Assembly (NCBI GenBank): GCA_037442105.1
Contig: JBBIQV010000001.1
Span: forward strand, 1 to 64,000
DNA: 64,000 bases
Source of the DNA: Nitrospiraceae bacterium
GTDB taxonomy: Bacteria; Nitrospirota; Nitrospiria; Nitrospirales; Nitrospiraceae
Reading direction: 5' to 3'
A program made the position numbers and the translations under genes. This document shows, in pieces, positions 1 through 9,700 of this stretch (positions are counted from its first letter, which is position 1; every line of letters starts with the position of its first letter). Under the pieces are notes generated by a model. That model made no database searches and was not told the origin of the DNA. It saw only the letters and a program-made list of their open reading frames with translations.

Positions 1-25
1 CCCTATCGCGGTCCATTTCCCTCCC

Positions 26-49
26 TTCACCTTAGCCTCAACCTTGACC
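26..49. repeat. Hexamer tandem repeat (TTCACC TTAGCC TCAACC TTGACC), same family as 24998-25094
   Basis: Four degenerate 6-nt units directly after the M1 peptidase stop codon. Confidence 0.7.
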
Positions 50-50
50 T

Positions 51-2261
51 TCATTGGACCAACACCTCCGTTTCTTCCTCTGCCACATCCCACTCCCCAC
101 GCGTCACGACGACACCATCGCGGAACACCACATAACTCTGCCACCCATAGAAAAACAAGAGCCGCGCAACCTTGGCGGCCGCCTCCGGCGTCATACCGGA
201 AAACATCGTGACCACACGCCCCCGCGCATCAGGTCGATGGCAGGACACCAGGACGGCGACATCGGGACCTTCATAGTCGAGCCCTCCCACCGTGAACCCG
301 CGCTCCGTCAACCGAAGCCGGTTTCCGCAGGCCTGCTCGACCATCCTGGCCACAGGATTGATTGCCGGGCCGCCCAATACTAACACTGAACCGGCCGGCG
401 GCAATACTCTCCCTTCGGCACCGGCCGACACGGCGGTCTTGTCCTGTACCGAACGAGCAGCGTCCTGTGCACTGATCCGTTCGACCAACTCCTCATAGGG
501 CGCGCGCTCCGTCCCCGATCCACTGCCGGGGGGCACCACCGTCCGTTGCCGATCCGTCACATAGAGATTCAGCATCGGCGGCAACCGGGCACGATCAATT
601 TTGCGGAACAGGTGGAAGTCCGGGTCCAGCTCCACGCCCATGGGCCTGGAAGGAACCGGAAACGAGACCTCTTGCTCGTGCCCGTCGATTGACACTCGGA
701 CATCATGCGCCTGCCCGTTCGCGAGTGTGACACGAAGCGGAACCGGGATGCGAAACGACACGTTGCTTTGCTTCAGGCGGACCTTCACGTTGAATGCATC
801 CGTTGCGCGAGGCGCTCCACCGGCAGGCGTTGCTGTCACACCCACCACTTGGACGAAAGGCGCGCCCGCTCGCTCCACCCATTGGGCAAAGAACCAGCGG
901 AGGTCTTTCCCGCTGGTTTCAGCAAATACTCGTTCGATATCGGACCAGGTCGCATAGACCCCTTGATGATCGGCAACCAGTTTTTTCAGACCGGCCCAAA
1001 ACGCCGCGTCGCCGATCTCCTGGCGGAGCAGGTGAAACACCATGGCGGACTTCTGATAGCCGATCGCATTGTCTTTCTCATCCGTCTTGCGCGTAAACGC
1101 CCCGACCGGATAGTCCTGTTCCGGCTGCACATGCACGGCGTAGCCATAGAGCATGAGCCGGCGCTGATCCCGCGCTTGCTCCATGTTGCCCGACCACTCA
1201 TGCCAGTAGTAATTCGCCAGATAGGTCGTCAGCCCTTCGACCCAGTTGCCCTGATCCGTTTGATTGAACACCGAGTTCCCAATCCAGGAATGGACGATCT
1301 CGTGGCCAAGCGCGTAGGGCTGGACGTAGTGGCGCTTGATCACCCCGCTCCCCAACAGGGTGAACGAGGGCATGCCGAGTCCGCTGGCGAAAAAATTTTC
1401 CACCACCGCGAATTTCGGAAATGGATAGGGGCCAAGCAGCTTGATGTACGTGTCCAGATACTTGGCGGAGGCCTCGAGATACACCTCGGCGAGATGCGCG
1501 TCGTCCGGGAACAGATAGGTCGCCAGCTCGACGGGCTGCCCGGTCTTAGCCCGCCACTCGCGCCGGCTCGCCACAAACTTATTCGCCACCAGCGTCAAGG
1601 CTTCCGTCCTGGCAGCCACATCCCATTCGCTCGTCATTGTTTTCCGACCGTCGATCAACGATTCCCGCCGGTTCGTTTCCTTTCCGTGCGTGACCGCAAC
1701 CCACCCTTCCGGAGTCTCCACCTGCACACGGAACGTCGCGAGCGAACCTGCTCGGTCGGGATACCATTGTGTTTCGCCGCTCAAATAGACGCCTTCGGGA
1801 CCGATATGGCCGGCCGTTTCGCTGGGGGTCACGAACCGGAGGTGCCTCGGCTCACGAGGAAGATCATTAATGACGCCCTGGTATCGCCATACGAGCGTGA
1901 GCTGTTCCTGTGTCGATGCGCGCGTCGGCAGTGCGACGATGATCTCCTGCTCAGAAGGCTGCGTCTGGGAGGACGGTTTCGTCGCAGTCGTGAACGCCAA
2001 GGCGACCGGCTCGGCGCCGTCGAGAACCGCTTGCACTTGCTCGACATGAAGCGCGCCGGACAGCGTGAATGAGAGCTGATGGAAATCGGTTTCCTCAGCG
2101 GCGAGCACCATACGGTCGGTTACGAGGAGTTGGTGCGCGTCCGGAAGGAGCCGGACGTTCAGCTCGTGCGAGCGGATGTACGCATGGCCCTCCTGTCCGG
2201 GGTCTGCCCAGACGGCAGCAGAGAAGAGGAAGAGCAGGGCGCAGAATCGCTCAACCTTCAC
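51..2261 (-). CDS. Exported M1-family zinc aminopeptidase
   Basis: HEXXH (GHEIVHSW) plus downstream NWVEGLTTY and YQK motifs; signal-like N-terminus. GTG start near 2261 overlaps the upstream gene's stop; the ORF is open to 2309. Confidence 0.85.
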   Translation of the reverse strand: MKVERFCALLFLFSAAVWADPGQEGHAYIRSHELNVRLLPDAHQLLVTDRMVLAAEETDFHQLSFTLSGALHVEQVQAVLDGAEPVALAFTTATKPSSQTQPSEQEIIVALPTRASTQEQLTLVWRYQGVINDLPREPRHLRFVTPSETAGHIGPEGVYLSGETQWYPDRAGSLATFRVQVETPEGWVAVTHGKETNRRESLIDGRKTMTSEWDVAARTEALTLVANKFVASRREWRAKTGQPVELATYLFPDDAHLAEVYLEASAKYLDTYIKLLGPYPFPKFAVVENFFASGLGMPSFTLLGSGVIKRHYVQPYALGHEIVHSWIGNSVFNQTDQGNWVEGLTTYLANYYWHEWSGNMEQARDQRRLMLYGYAVHVQPEQDYPVGAFTRKTDEKDNAIGYQKSAMVFHLLRQEIGDAAFWAGLKKLVADHQGVYATWSDIERVFAETSGKDLRWFFAQWVERAGAPFVQVVGVTATPAGGAPRATDAFNVKVRLKQSNVSFRIPVPLRVTLANGQAHDVRVSIDGHEQEVSFPVPSRPMGVELDPDFHLFRKIDRARLPPMLNLYVTDRQRTVVPPGSGSGTERAPYEELVERISAQDAARSVQDKTAVSAGAEGRVLPPAGSVLVLGGPAINPVARMVEQACGNRLRLTERGFTVGGLDYEGPDVAVLVSCHRPDARGRVVTMFSGMTPEAAAKVARLLFFYGWQSYVVFRDGVVVTRGEWDVAEEETEVLVQ

Positions 2262-3036
2262 GACAGACCAGCACGAGTTGAACCACGACAAGCAATCGAT
2301 CGAGATCAATAGGTTTGGTCAGCACCTCTTGCGGCTCGAGCGCCCAGGCCTCTTCCAGTAGCTCTTCGTTCTGACTGGCAGTCATCACAATCACACCGCC
2401 CGGGTAGTCTCGGTGCCGCAACTCCTGCAACAACTCGACGCCGCTGATGACCGGCATGAGGAGATCCAGCAAGATCAGGTGGGGCTGGGATTCGGCGATC
2501 ATGGCCAAGGCCTCCGCCCTCCCGTTGGCTCCTCGGACGCGATAGCCTCTCAAGCTCAAAAACTGCACCAGCAGGTCTCGCACCAACGGCTCATCGTCCA
2601 CGACGAGGATAGATTCTCCCTCGTCGGAGCCCGGCTGGACAGGCCGGAGGGTAAGCGTAGCCGGCTGGGGTTTCCACGGCTGCCAGGCCGCCTGATTGAC
2701 GGCGCCGACCAGTACGTCGAGTGAGAGTCCCTTGCGGAGAAAATCGGTCACGCGCAACTCGCGCGCCTTATTTTCCTGGACCTCCGTTGCCCCGCCACCC
2801 AGGATGATGACTGCCGCCCCCGGATCGAGGGCCCGAATTTCCTTAAGCACGGTCAGCCCATCCATCTCCGGCATCCGTAAGTCGAGTAAGGTGACCCGTG
2901 GGCGGTGCGTCTTGAACAACTCCAACCCCTCGCGCCCGCTGGTCGCAGAAAACACCTGATATCCCCGGCGGATAAAGACCGACTGGAGCAGATCGCAGTT
3001 CATCCGATCGTCATCGACCACAAGAAGGCTGATCAC
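2251..3036 (-). CDS. Response regulator with two receiver domains and no output domain
   Basis: Two copies of VVDD...LLDL.MP...K receiver motifs joined by a Pro/Gln linker. Confidence 0.88.
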   Translation of the reverse strand: MISLLVVDDDRMNCDLLQSVFIRRGYQVFSATSGREGLELFKTHRPRVTLLDLRMPEMDGLTVLKEIRALDPGAAVIILGGGATEVQENKARELRVTDFLRKGLSLDVLVGAVNQAAWQPWKPQPATLTLRPVQPGSDEGESILVVDDEPLVRDLLVQFLSLRGYRVRGANGRAEALAMIAESQPHLILLDLLMPVISGVELLQELRHRDYPGGVIVMTASQNEELLEEAWALEPQEVLTKPIDLDRLLVVVQLVLVCREG

Positions 3037-3101
3037 GTGCTACCACGAACGTATTGCAAATCGCCGGGAACCTACCCATGCCTCTCACATCTCGCCCACT
3101 T

Positions 3102-4016
3102 TCAAAACAAGGCCTCAACAAAGGCGGCTGCCTGGAAATCCTGGAGATCGTCCGCCCCTTCGCCCACTCCCACCAAGCGAACCGGAATTTTGAGCTGTTC
3201 GGCAATCGCAACCACGATGCCTCCACGGGCCGTCCCATCGAGCTTCGTGAGAGCTAACCCCGTTACCCCGACTGCCTCGTGAAACTGGCGCGCCTGCGCC
3301 AACGCATTCTGCCCCACCGTCGCATCCAAGACGAGCAAGACTTCATGCGGCGCGCCAGGCTGTTCCTGCGCCAGCACGCGTTTGATCTTGCGCAACTCCT
3401 CCATCAGGTTGCTCTTGGTATGCAGACGCCCGGCCGTGTCGATCAAGACGACTTTCGTCCCACGAGCCTTCGCCGCCGCGAGCCCGTCGAATGCGACCGC
3501 CGCGGGGTCCGCGCCATGCCGGTGCTGGATAAGCGGCACGCCGATCCGATCGGCCCAGACTCGGAGCTGATCGATGGCGGCCGCACGGAACGTGTCTGCC
3601 GCCACCAGCAGCGGAGGTCTGCCCCCTTGCTGAAGACGTTGCGCCAGTTTGGCAAGAGTCGTCGTCTTGCCTACACCGTTCACACCGACCGCCAGAATCA
3701 CGAATGGGTACGGTCCCTTGTCGATCAAACTTTCCAGCGAGTCTCCTTGGCCCTGGCGGAGAATGTTCAGCAGGGCCTGCCGGAGGAAATCCCGCATGCG
3801 CTCGCCGGCGGAGGCAGCGCCGCTCCGGACTTCCTGCTTGAGCCGGCTCATCAACTGTTCGACCACGCGGACGCCCAGATCGGCGGAGAGCAGCGCTGTT
3901 TCCAACTCCTCCAGCATCGCCTGGTCCGGCGCGTGGCCCAACACGCGATCCAGCGTCCCGCTCATCGCCTGGCGGGTCTTGGCCAATCCGTCGCTCAGTC
4001 GCTGAAACCAGCCCAT
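3102..4016 (-). CDS. ftsY: SRP receptor FtsY
   Basis: GVNGVGKTTT, DTFRAAA, DTAGR, TKLDGTARGG motifs. Confidence 0.97.
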   Translation of the reverse strand: MGWFQRLSDGLAKTRQAMSGTLDRVLGHAPDQAMLEELETALLSADLGVRVVEQLMSRLKQEVRSGAASAGERMRDFLRQALLNILRQGQGDSLESLIDKGPYPFVILAVGVNGVGKTTTLAKLAQRLQQGGRPPLLVAADTFRAAAIDQLRVWADRIGVPLIQHRHGADPAAVAFDGLAAAKARGTKVVLIDTAGRLHTKSNLMEELRKIKRVLAQEQPGAPHEVLLVLDATVGQNALAQARQFHEAVGVTGLALTKLDGTARGGIVVAIAEQLKIPVRLVGVGEGADDLQDFQAAAFVEALF

Positions 4017-4020
4017 TGCT

Positions 4021-4506
4021 CTACTCGTAAGAGGTGTGGAGTGTGGAGTGAGGGGTTCGCTCCGTTAGCCTCGGTACCGGCATGATCGCTCGCAGCACCG
4101 TTTGCTCCTTGCGACGCATACGGCGAGCTTCGCCTTCTCCCCGCTCGTGGTCATACCCGCAGAGATGGAGCAGTCCGTGAATCAACAGCGTGACGACCTC
4201 ATGTTCGAGCGAATGCCCCGCTTCCGTAGCCTGTCGAGCTGCGGTGTGAAGCGAAATGACCACATCGCCCAGCAGCCGCGATGGAGGCCCCGGCGCTTCT
4301 CGCAGCGAAAAGGCCAAGACATCGGTCGGCACATTCCGATGCCGGTAACGGTGATTCAACCGCCGCATCCGCTGATCGCCGACCAACTCAAGTCCGAGTT
4401 CGGCATGAGGCTCCCCCACCGCTTTCAACATCTTGTGCGCCAGCGCTGTGAGCGCAGCGAGGCTGACCGGCTGATGCCTCAGCCTGCTCCGGATGATGAC
4501 GGGCAT
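4021..4506 (-). CDS. ybeY: rRNA maturation endoribonuclease YbeY
   Basis: LNHRYR..PTDVLAF, LGDVVIS, HGLLHLCGYDH; ATG overlaps the phoH stop (TAATG). Confidence 0.95.
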   Translation of the reverse strand: MPVIIRSRLRHQPVSLAALTALAHKMLKAVGEPHAELGLELVGDQRMRRLNHRYRHRNVPTDVLAFSLREAPGPPSRLLGDVVISLHTAARQATEAGHSLEHEVVTLLIHGLLHLCGYDHERGEGEARRMRRKEQTVLRAIMPVPRLTERTPHSTLHTSYE

Positions 4507-5573
4507 TAATGGGCTTGGCCCCAAGGACCCTTCAGGGGCGGATCGGCAGCGGTGCGTTTACGGGGGCGCGCGCGGCTCTCGTGCGTGGAAGGTTTGCCGG
4601 CTTTCCCGGAGCTCGTCTTGTCCTGACGCCCGGTTTCATGCCGCTCATACGCCTTAATGATCTCCTGGACCAGCCGGTGGCGGACGACATCGCGTTCGTC
4701 GAAATAGACAAACTGGATGCCGTCGATGTTCTGCAGGACCTTACGGATTTCGATCAGACCGGAATGGCGATCAGAGGGCAGATCCACCTGCGTGATGTCG
4801 CCCGTCACGACAGCCTTCGAGTGAAACCCGAGGCGCGTCAGAAACATTTTCATCTGTTCCGCAGTCGCGTTTTGCGCCTCGTCCAGAATCACGAAGGAAT
4901 CGTTGAGGGTGCGCCCTCGCATGAACGCCAATGGTGCAATTTCGATGTCGCCCCGCTCGATCAAGCGGTTGGCGCGATCCGTCTCCATCATGTCGTAGAG
5001 CGCATCGTAGAGCGGCCGCAAGTACGGATTCACCTTTGCATACATGTCGCCCGGCAGAAAGCCGAGCTTTTCGCCCGCTTCAACCGCAGGCCGCGCAAGA
5101 ATGATCCGGCTGACTTCTTTACGCAAAAGAGCACTCACGGCCATTGCCATAGCCAGATACGTCTTCCCTGTACCAGCCGGGCCGATGCCGACGACGATGT
5201 CGTACTTCTCGATCGCTTCGATATAGGCTTTTTGTGTGGCCGACTTCGGTGCGATAAACCGCTTCTTGGTGACGATGGGAGAGGCGCTGAAGAGAAGCTC
5301 CTTGAGCGGTGCATCCTGATTGTGACGCCGCGCGACGAGGGCTTGCGTCACGTCGTCGGATTTGAGGTCGTACCCTTCGGCGGTGAGATCGGCCAATTCG
5401 GCGAGAAAACGTTCAGCGCGCCGCTCCGCGTCCACGGCACCTTCGAGGACAAGTTCCTCGCCTCGAGCAGACAACCGGACCCCCCATTCTTCTTCGATCA
5501 GCTTAAGGTGCCGATCATGATGCCCGAACAGGGCGGCGGTGTTGGCTCCCTCTCGTAGTTTGATCTTACGCAC
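4506..5573 (-). CDS. phoH: PhoH-family ATPase
   Basis: GPAGTGKT, RPAVEAGEKLGFLPGD, MRGRTL, DEAQN, GDITQVDLP. Confidence 0.95.
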   Translation of the reverse strand: MRKIKLREGANTAALFGHHDRHLKLIEEEWGVRLSARGEELVLEGAVDAERRAERFLAELADLTAEGYDLKSDDVTQALVARRHNQDAPLKELLFSASPIVTKKRFIAPKSATQKAYIEAIEKYDIVVGIGPAGTGKTYLAMAMAVSALLRKEVSRIILARPAVEAGEKLGFLPGDMYAKVNPYLRPLYDALYDMMETDRANRLIERGDIEIAPLAFMRGRTLNDSFVILDEAQNATAEQMKMFLTRLGFHSKAVVTGDITQVDLPSDRHSGLIEIRKVLQNIDGIQFVYFDERDVVRHRLVQEIIKAYERHETGRQDKTSSGKAGKPSTHESRARPRKRTAADPPLKGPWGQAH

Positions 5574-5727
5574 GCTGAAAGTGTCGGTTCCTCCTCGATC
5601 TCAGTCGGCTCATTCTAACAAACTGGATCAGTCGGCAACAAGCAATTCGGATCATGATGAAGCACGAGGCGAGATACGCCGGATGAGACAGCGAATCGAG
5701 CATCGCAGACGAGTGAGGAGTGAGACG

Positions 5728-6690
5728 CTAGGAAGGCTTGTGTGCTGCAGGGAGTGAGATCTCAAACTCTTGGAAGGCAGATCCGCCTTCCCCGTCCTCC
5801 GCCACAACCCGCACTCGGTGAGTTCCGTTCAGGTCAGGGGCAATGGGCCACACGATCTTGCCGGTCGCCTTCTCAATCGTCATTCCGGGAGGAGCGGTTT
5901 CCAGGACGTAGCTCAGGGAATCGCCGTCCAGGTCTTTCGCTTGTACTGTATATTCGTAGCTCCCTTGACCTATGGCGGAAGAGGGCGTCGAGACGATCCT
6001 GGGTGGGCTGTTTCCGATGACCACAGGATCAACGACAAAGGGTTTTCCTTGTCCGGCCTCGTCGCGAGGAGTCACTTCGACCACGATCGTATCTTTGCGG
6101 GCGAAGCCCGCCGTATCGAGGATGTCTTCCGCTCCCTCCTTCACCAAGGTTCCGTTCCGCCACCACTTGAACGTGAAACGGATCTCATCCCGATCCGCAT
6201 CGGAAGCCTCCACCTTCGCCTGAACGGGACTCCCAATCTGGAGCTGGGCCGGATCGAGCGTGACACGAGTCACCACCGGCAGAGAATTGCCCACGACCTG
6301 CTCAGCCCGTGACGACGTTCCTTCCATCTTACCGTCCAGCGGGACCACCTCGACGCTGACACGGTCGCCCCGCACAAACATCGAGGAAGAAAGGGTCGTG
6401 CCGGTTTCATCGGACACCGGTTTGCCGTTCACAAACCATTGCTGCCGAAATGTCACGGGATCGCCATCCGGGTCATTCCCGTCCGCATGCACCCGCACCG
6501 GTTCTCCCAAAACAATTGGGTTGGGAAGAATCATGGCCACGCGGACGGAAGGAGGATGGTTCGGCAGAATATTCGCGGCGGAATCTATTTCGGAGGAGTT
6601 AGATGTGCAACCGATGAGCGCCGCGGAACAGAGGAGCATCGGAAGAAACATCGACCGAATAATACGCCCAGATCGGCCTTCTTCTTTCAT
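5728..6690 (-). CDS. Putative lipoprotein with three Ig/cadherin-like repeats
   Basis: Lipobox-like ALIGC; three units of N..P.[VI]...D.D[GR]D.[VIL]; lies directly downstream of pilY1. Confidence 0.7.
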   Translation of the reverse strand: MKEEGRSGRIIRSMFLPMLLCSAALIGCTSNSSEIDSAANILPNHPPSVRVAMILPNPIVLGEPVRVHADGNDPDGDPVTFRQQWFVNGKPVSDETGTTLSSSMFVRGDRVSVEVVPLDGKMEGTSSRAEQVVGNSLPVVTRVTLDPAQLQIGSPVQAKVEASDADRDEIRFTFKWWRNGTLVKEGAEDILDTAGFARKDTIVVEVTPRDEAGQGKPFVVDPVVIGNSPPRIVSTPSSAIGQGSYEYTVQAKDLDGDSLSYVLETAPPGMTIEKATGKIVWPIAPDLNGTHRVRVVAEDGEGGSAFQEFEISLPAAHKPS

Positions 6691-6725
6691 AGCTCTTCCG
6701 TCCCGCACTGCTCGTCACCAGTTTG

Positions 6726-9700
6726 CTAATCGCGCTGGTGATTCCACGAGAGGTACCGGCTCCAGACCTGCTTCGGGGGACGCGAACACAATCCGTTGAG
6801 GCTACCGGTGCTCGTTTGGATCAACAGGGTGGTCCGGCCTTGACAGCCCGTGCCGCTGCTTGTCCCGCTTCCCCCACTCCCCTGACCACCGATATGGATG
6901 GCAGCCTGGGACGCCATCCCTTCACCCAGATACACATTTCGGTTCGAGATGGTGTCGGCCCCGGAGGCCGAAGTCCCGAGCACCGGCTCCGTATAGGCGC
7001 TGCCGGTGAGGTAGAAGAGCCCGTAGAGATAGCCCTGTCCCACCCCGCTGCAAATATCGTCCACTGGGACAAAGCTGGGGAAGAAGACGACGCCCCCCAG
7101 CAGCGTCGGTGCCACGATGACCCGTTCACGGGCGGTAGGCATCGTCGTGACCCACCCTTCTTTGCTCTGCACGAGTCCCATCAGTGTCGCAAACGACGTC
7201 GCACCGGATACGCCGGTGACATTGCTGGTCGATGCGCAACTCACACAGACCGTCGCGTTGCTCACATTGACCAGGTCATTGTCGATGCAGTTGGTTGCGC
7301 TTGTCTCCGCGCAACTTCCACTGAGCACGGAATCTTTGATGCCGAAGAAATATTGCGTCGTGGCATCGGTCTTGTCATTGGCGCCGAAGTATCGCCCGGT
7401 TCCGAAAAAGAGCCACACATTGCCGGCATCATCGAGTGTCACCGTCGGAGCCGCGACGATCGGCCCCACGTCAACCGAAGAACCACCCAAAGTGAAACTC
7501 TCAATGATTTTAGTGGGCTCATTGGTGAACCCCCAGGTGGAGGGATTGGTGTTCGCCCCAAAACCAGGAGGCGATGCTGAGGCGATGCCGGTCGTGAGCC
7601 TGTACAACTTGCCTCGCCAGGGGAGACTGCCGTCAGGGACCACACTGCCGCCGTAGATCGCATCCGCCCGGTAGTCCAGATCCTTGTCCAACGAGATCAA
7701 ATCCCCCATGAAGGCCTTGTAGGATGCATTGGCGGTGTCCACATTGATCGTGACCACGTTTCCTGTGGTCGGGCCCGTCTTGAGATTGACCGCGTACATC
7801 CTAGAAGACTGCACGATGGACCCATCGTACCCCGTCGGGCCGGACCCAAAAATGACAAACCACTTTGCGTTCGTGTTGTCGGTTTTCGCGCTCGCGCTTG
7901 GATTGACCCGGACGATGGTCGGATAGCCGGTGGCAAAACCGAGCCCGGTGTCGGTGAAGCTCCACAACAGTTTCGGCTCGACTTCCGGATTTGTGATATC
8001 CAGGACGAAATAGGCGCTATAAAATTTCCTGGTCGTGTTGCCGGCCCCCGTAAAGTTGGCTGTCACACTCATGGCAGGCCCATTTCCTATCGGGCACGCT
8101 TCGCAGCTTCCTCCCAGCCGGAATCCGCCGATGAGGATGGTCCCCCAACCGTTGGGATGGTCCGTGTCCGGGGTAAAGATGCGGGCGTCCGTCACCTTGG
8201 GTTTCAGATCGACGTAGTAGACATGGCTGTAATCAGTTTGTGCCAGCCATTTGAGATGGGGCAGGAGCTGCATCGGAATGAAACCCCAGAGTTCGTCGCC
8301 CAGCTTCTGGCCCCGTCCATCAAGTGTCGCTGTGTTGCTGAACCAGCCATGCTCGACACCCGGCGAACCGCCCGATGTGTCGTCGCCGCGATTGTAGAAG
8401 CCGACGTTGAAGGCGTGCAGTATCCCATCGTTGGCCCCCACATAGGCCACCTGTCGGCGGCTGCGATATTGATTTAAGAAAGCCGTATAGCTGGCGTCTC
8501 CATACAGGACATCATATCGTTCTCGCGGCGCCGCCACGATAGTCGGCGTGGAATGGATGGGGTCTCCGTATTTCCAGACCTTCATCACGTTGGCTCCTGC
8601 ATCGTCCACCACCGACAGGATTCTCTGTCGCAAGGGCGTCTGGTTATTCGTTGCTGCTGAGCAGGCCGACGGTTCGCATCCACGGATGAATTCGATGATG
8701 GCATCCGTCTGGTAGGGAGAGGGAGCGGCTTCCCCTCGCAGATAGGGAGCCAAGGCCGAGGAATTCGCCGTGGTAAAGGGAATGACTTCGCCTGAGGCAA
8801 CATTGGTATGGGTTCCGTTGTCGGTGCCCCCGTCAACGATACCGTCGCCATTCGGATCGACCCAGGTCAGGATCTTGCGGCTGCTGGACGGCATCAAAGC
8901 CAGACGGCGGCCCGCCTCCCAGATTCCCTTGACCTCGTTCAGTTTCTTGGTATCGAACTTCTGCGGGGTATCTGGGATCGTATCGCCGTTCGTATCGATC
9001 ACCGGGTCCGCTTTGCCATCCCCGTCCAGATCCCTGTACCGCTCGACGACGACTTCGCCGTTGGCACTGTCATAGTAGGTTTTGAGAATGTAATCCTGAT
9101 CATAGATCAGCCGTCCATCCTGCACCGTATCCTCGCGGAGATTGCCAAAACTGTCTACAAAGAGGCCATGAGTAAAGCCGATCCAGGTGACATTCGGATC
9201 CTGGGTTGAGCGCGGATAGAAATAGGCCTGATACAGTGCGCCTTCCCCGGTCGAGGAACTCGCCAGAACCGAGGCCGATGTACCAGAGGAGCTTCGCGCG
9301 AGGATACTGTTGATCGTCGCCACCAACTTGTCCTTCATGTCGTCGGCGTTGGCCGACTCGAAGTAGGTGTCGGGGAGGCCGTCCGCCCCGGCGGCGCCGG
9401 TAAAGTTGTTCACCCGATCCCAGACATCTGCGGCGTCGAATTGGTTATTGCCGTTGAGATCTTCGAATCCCCCGTACTTGGCGGCATCCTGCAGGATCTT
9501 CGCCCCGGTCCCGAACGCGAAAAAGGTATAGACGGTGAGGTTCTGAAACCCTTGCAAACACTTGCCGGTCACATTAATTCCCGCAATTGTGCCGTCAGCG
9601 GTGCCGTTGCAGGGGCGTAGATCGGTGGTGTGAGCCCAATAGGCCACGTCATCCAGATAGTGGGATCCATTGGAGTTACAGGAATCCGAGCTCAGGCCGC

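Noticed and set aside
705..2072. Long plus-strand ORFs opposite real genes (also 43193-44785, 48537-49928, 50145-51326, 31491-32654, 61203-62354)
   Set aside because: They are antisense shadows of well-supported genes in GC-rich DNA and have no recognisable motifs.
8382..8390. RGD tripeptide in PilY1
   Set aside because: A single tripeptide in a ~1400-aa protein is plausible by chance, and nothing suggests a host-associated lifestyle.
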